Of a stretch of 63,892 nt of DNA, positions 61,568-63,892 are shown piece by piece (positions within the stretch are counted from its first letter, which is position 1; each line of letters opens with the position of its first letter). Both the position numbers and the translations under genes were made by a program. The DNA is from Octopus bimaculoides (taxonomy: Eukaryota), in assembly GCF_001194135.2 (NCBI RefSeq), contig NC_068989.1, forward strand, positions 81,881,481 through 81,945,372, read 5' to 3'. The notes below the pieces were generated by a model, which saw nothing but the letters and a program-made list of their open reading frames with translations, was not told where the DNA came from and ran no database searches.

Positions 61568-62375
61568 AAATGTGTGCTCGTGTGTGTGTGTGTGTGTGTG
61601 TGTGTGGTTTCTGAGGAAACAAGATAAACCTCTCTTACATACAAAATTACTTTTAACAAATAAAAACCAGTTCAATATTTTATGTTTCCATGTCAGTACA
61701 ACTTGAACAAGGATCACCTGGTCTGTCCCTGTCTCCACAATAACGATGACAGAAAAACAAAAAACAAAACAAGCAAAGCTAAGGTGTATGCAGGACCAAC
61801 TTACCACAGAACATGTGTAAAATACCTGAGGGATGCCACACCATTATGACTGAAGCTGTTGTTGAAGTGTTGAAGGGTGAATGTAATGTGAAGTATCAGC
61901 ACTGCACACATTGAGGTAGTGGTGGTGTTAATAGCTAGCACAAGAAATCAATTCAACTACGAACATCCAGGATGTGGTTTGCAAGTGGGACAGGAATTTA
62001 AGGAAAAACTGGGTCAAATAACAAAGTCCGGATATAATACAGATGTTAGCAGATTTGTTTCAACAAGACATTTATATTTTGATCACATACACAGATGTAT
62101 ACACACATACACAGACATAGATTCTCATGTGCACACAGACTCACGTACACACAAACAGAAAAACATGTGTGGGTAGAGAGACAGAGCTGATCCTGATATA
62201 CAAAAGATGGAATGGTCACAAAATTTCAGTCCCAGATTTGCTGGATCAGGATTAACCCGAGACTAAACAACAACACACAAACAAAAACAGTTTGTGAAAT
62301 TATACTAGTTTTAAATCATATTTGATATTCAATTTTACTTAAACAGATTGTTAATTATACATGGGAGTACATATG

Positions 62376-62409
<34 letters not shown>

Positions 62410-63309
62410 GACAAAAATAAAACTGGTTCTCTAAGTTATTGACTTTGTGCCATGATAGAAATCAAATAAACATTTACTGCTAATCTTCACATGATTTTGA
62501 AATAAAAAGAAATAAAACTGCTGTTTGCTTTGTGAATCATTCCCATATGATAATAAATTTATGAATAACAAGTTTTTCAAGACAACCAAATCAAACATTA
62601 ATAAGAATTATCTAAAGCTTTAAATTGTACTTTTCAAAATGTGTGGTGTACCCAAATATTTCTTGTGCACTGTTTCAGAACCACTGACACAGACAGACCT
62701 ACTTCTAACATGGGTCCTGTATGTGACCTCCTGGGAAATATAGTAACCCTTTCAGATATTTGTTTGAAGGGGGTCACATTTATAAAATTATGCCTGTCAT
62801 AAATATATGCAACTTGGTGTTTGCAACAGTAGAGAATAAAAATTTATATATGTAGTCACATACATAGACATAATGATGTGCACAGGTAGACACACACACA
62901 CAGATAAATGCAGTCACGTACAGTCATACTGTTTTTAGGAGCTATTTTTAGCAAGAGATGTAAAATAGGAATTGCTGAGAAAGAAAGTTAAGTCAGGGAG
63001 TGATTCAAACCTAAATTTAGAATTTAAAGACGTCCTGTTTGAGTTTTTATGACAATGAAATTATTATTTATTCCAAGTAGACTTGTAAGTAGGGAGAAAT
63101 AATTAGGTAAAGAAAGTCTCTGCTGTTCCTGTCTTTCCTAATATGTCTTTCCAATGTAAACGGAGTAAAATGAAACTGTTTATGAGTAATGAAATTTCTC
63201 AATTATACAGACTAAAGAAAGATGACTATTAGTTAATTATCAATTATGTCTAACATTAGACTGTGATAACAAATTAGTGAAGGACATAATTAATTCAACT
63301 GATCCTAGC

Positions 63310-63640
63310 ATTTTATGTGTGGTAGGAGGTTTGCTTCCCAACCTCATGGCTCTGGGTTCAGCCCAACTGCATGGCACCTTGAGGAAGTGTCTGCTACTAT
63401 AGCCTCAGGCTGACCAACACCTTGTGAGTGAATTGGTAGACAGAAACTGAAAGAAGTCCATTGTATATATGCTTGTGTGTATGTGTGTTCATCTGCCATT
63501 TGACAATTGGTTTGGTGCGTTTACATTGCCATAGCTTAGTGGTCTGACAAAGGAATACTGCGGCTGATACATTTGACTTAAAATTCAAAGCAGAGCCCCA
63601 ACATGGCTGCAGTCTAATGACTGAAACAAGTAAAAGAAAA
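63310..63640 (+). mobile_element. SINE family A copy, diverged
   Basis: Homology to 41662-42070. Confidence 0.75.
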
Positions 63641-63892
63641 ATAAATGATAAAGTTAAAAGCTTTGTCCCTATTACTCTACAAGTATCGACTCAGGATGCC
63701 CCAATCACCAATTTTTGTCAAATCTATTCATTTCCTGTCATCCTGTTTCTTTTGGAGTCTTCTATAATAGACCGTCAGTTTTTTTTTTTTTTTAATTTAT
63801 ATGTTACCACTCAACTCCTGGATTTATAAATTTTATAAATGATTTTATAAATTTGTCAATGCCATTTAGTTTTGTTTTGTTATGAGATCCAT

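Overview
Eukaryotic, AT-rich, repeat-dense genomic DNA with seven N gaps. The SINE and LINE repertoire resembles octopus as I recall it (inference, not a database match). Two intron-rich genes lie on the minus strand. (1) An ARHGAP21/23-like PH-RhoGAP gene: 13 phase-consistent exons from 57725 down to a stop at 38110, with its 5' part outside the window. (2) A peroxisomal carnitine O-octanoyltransferase (CROT)-like gene: ATG at 18450 and 11 phase-consistent exons down to 2898 (475 codons), with the C-terminal exons not visible. Introns and the intergenic region hold tRNA-derived SINEs, RTE and CR1-like LINE remnants, a Penelope-like RT remnant, a Gypsy integrase fragment, Tc1/mariner, hAT, piggyBac-type and Helentron-like elements, and microsatellites. 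The most notable observation is a set of minimal type I hammerhead-ribozyme-like motifs from three different repeat families. One is carried by a tRNA-headed (Pol III A/B box) SINE-like unit arranged as a head-to-head ~600-bp palindrome in a CROT intron. Exon and hammerhead coordinates were counted by hand; repeat boundaries are approximate. All alignments are manual and from memory of the families.
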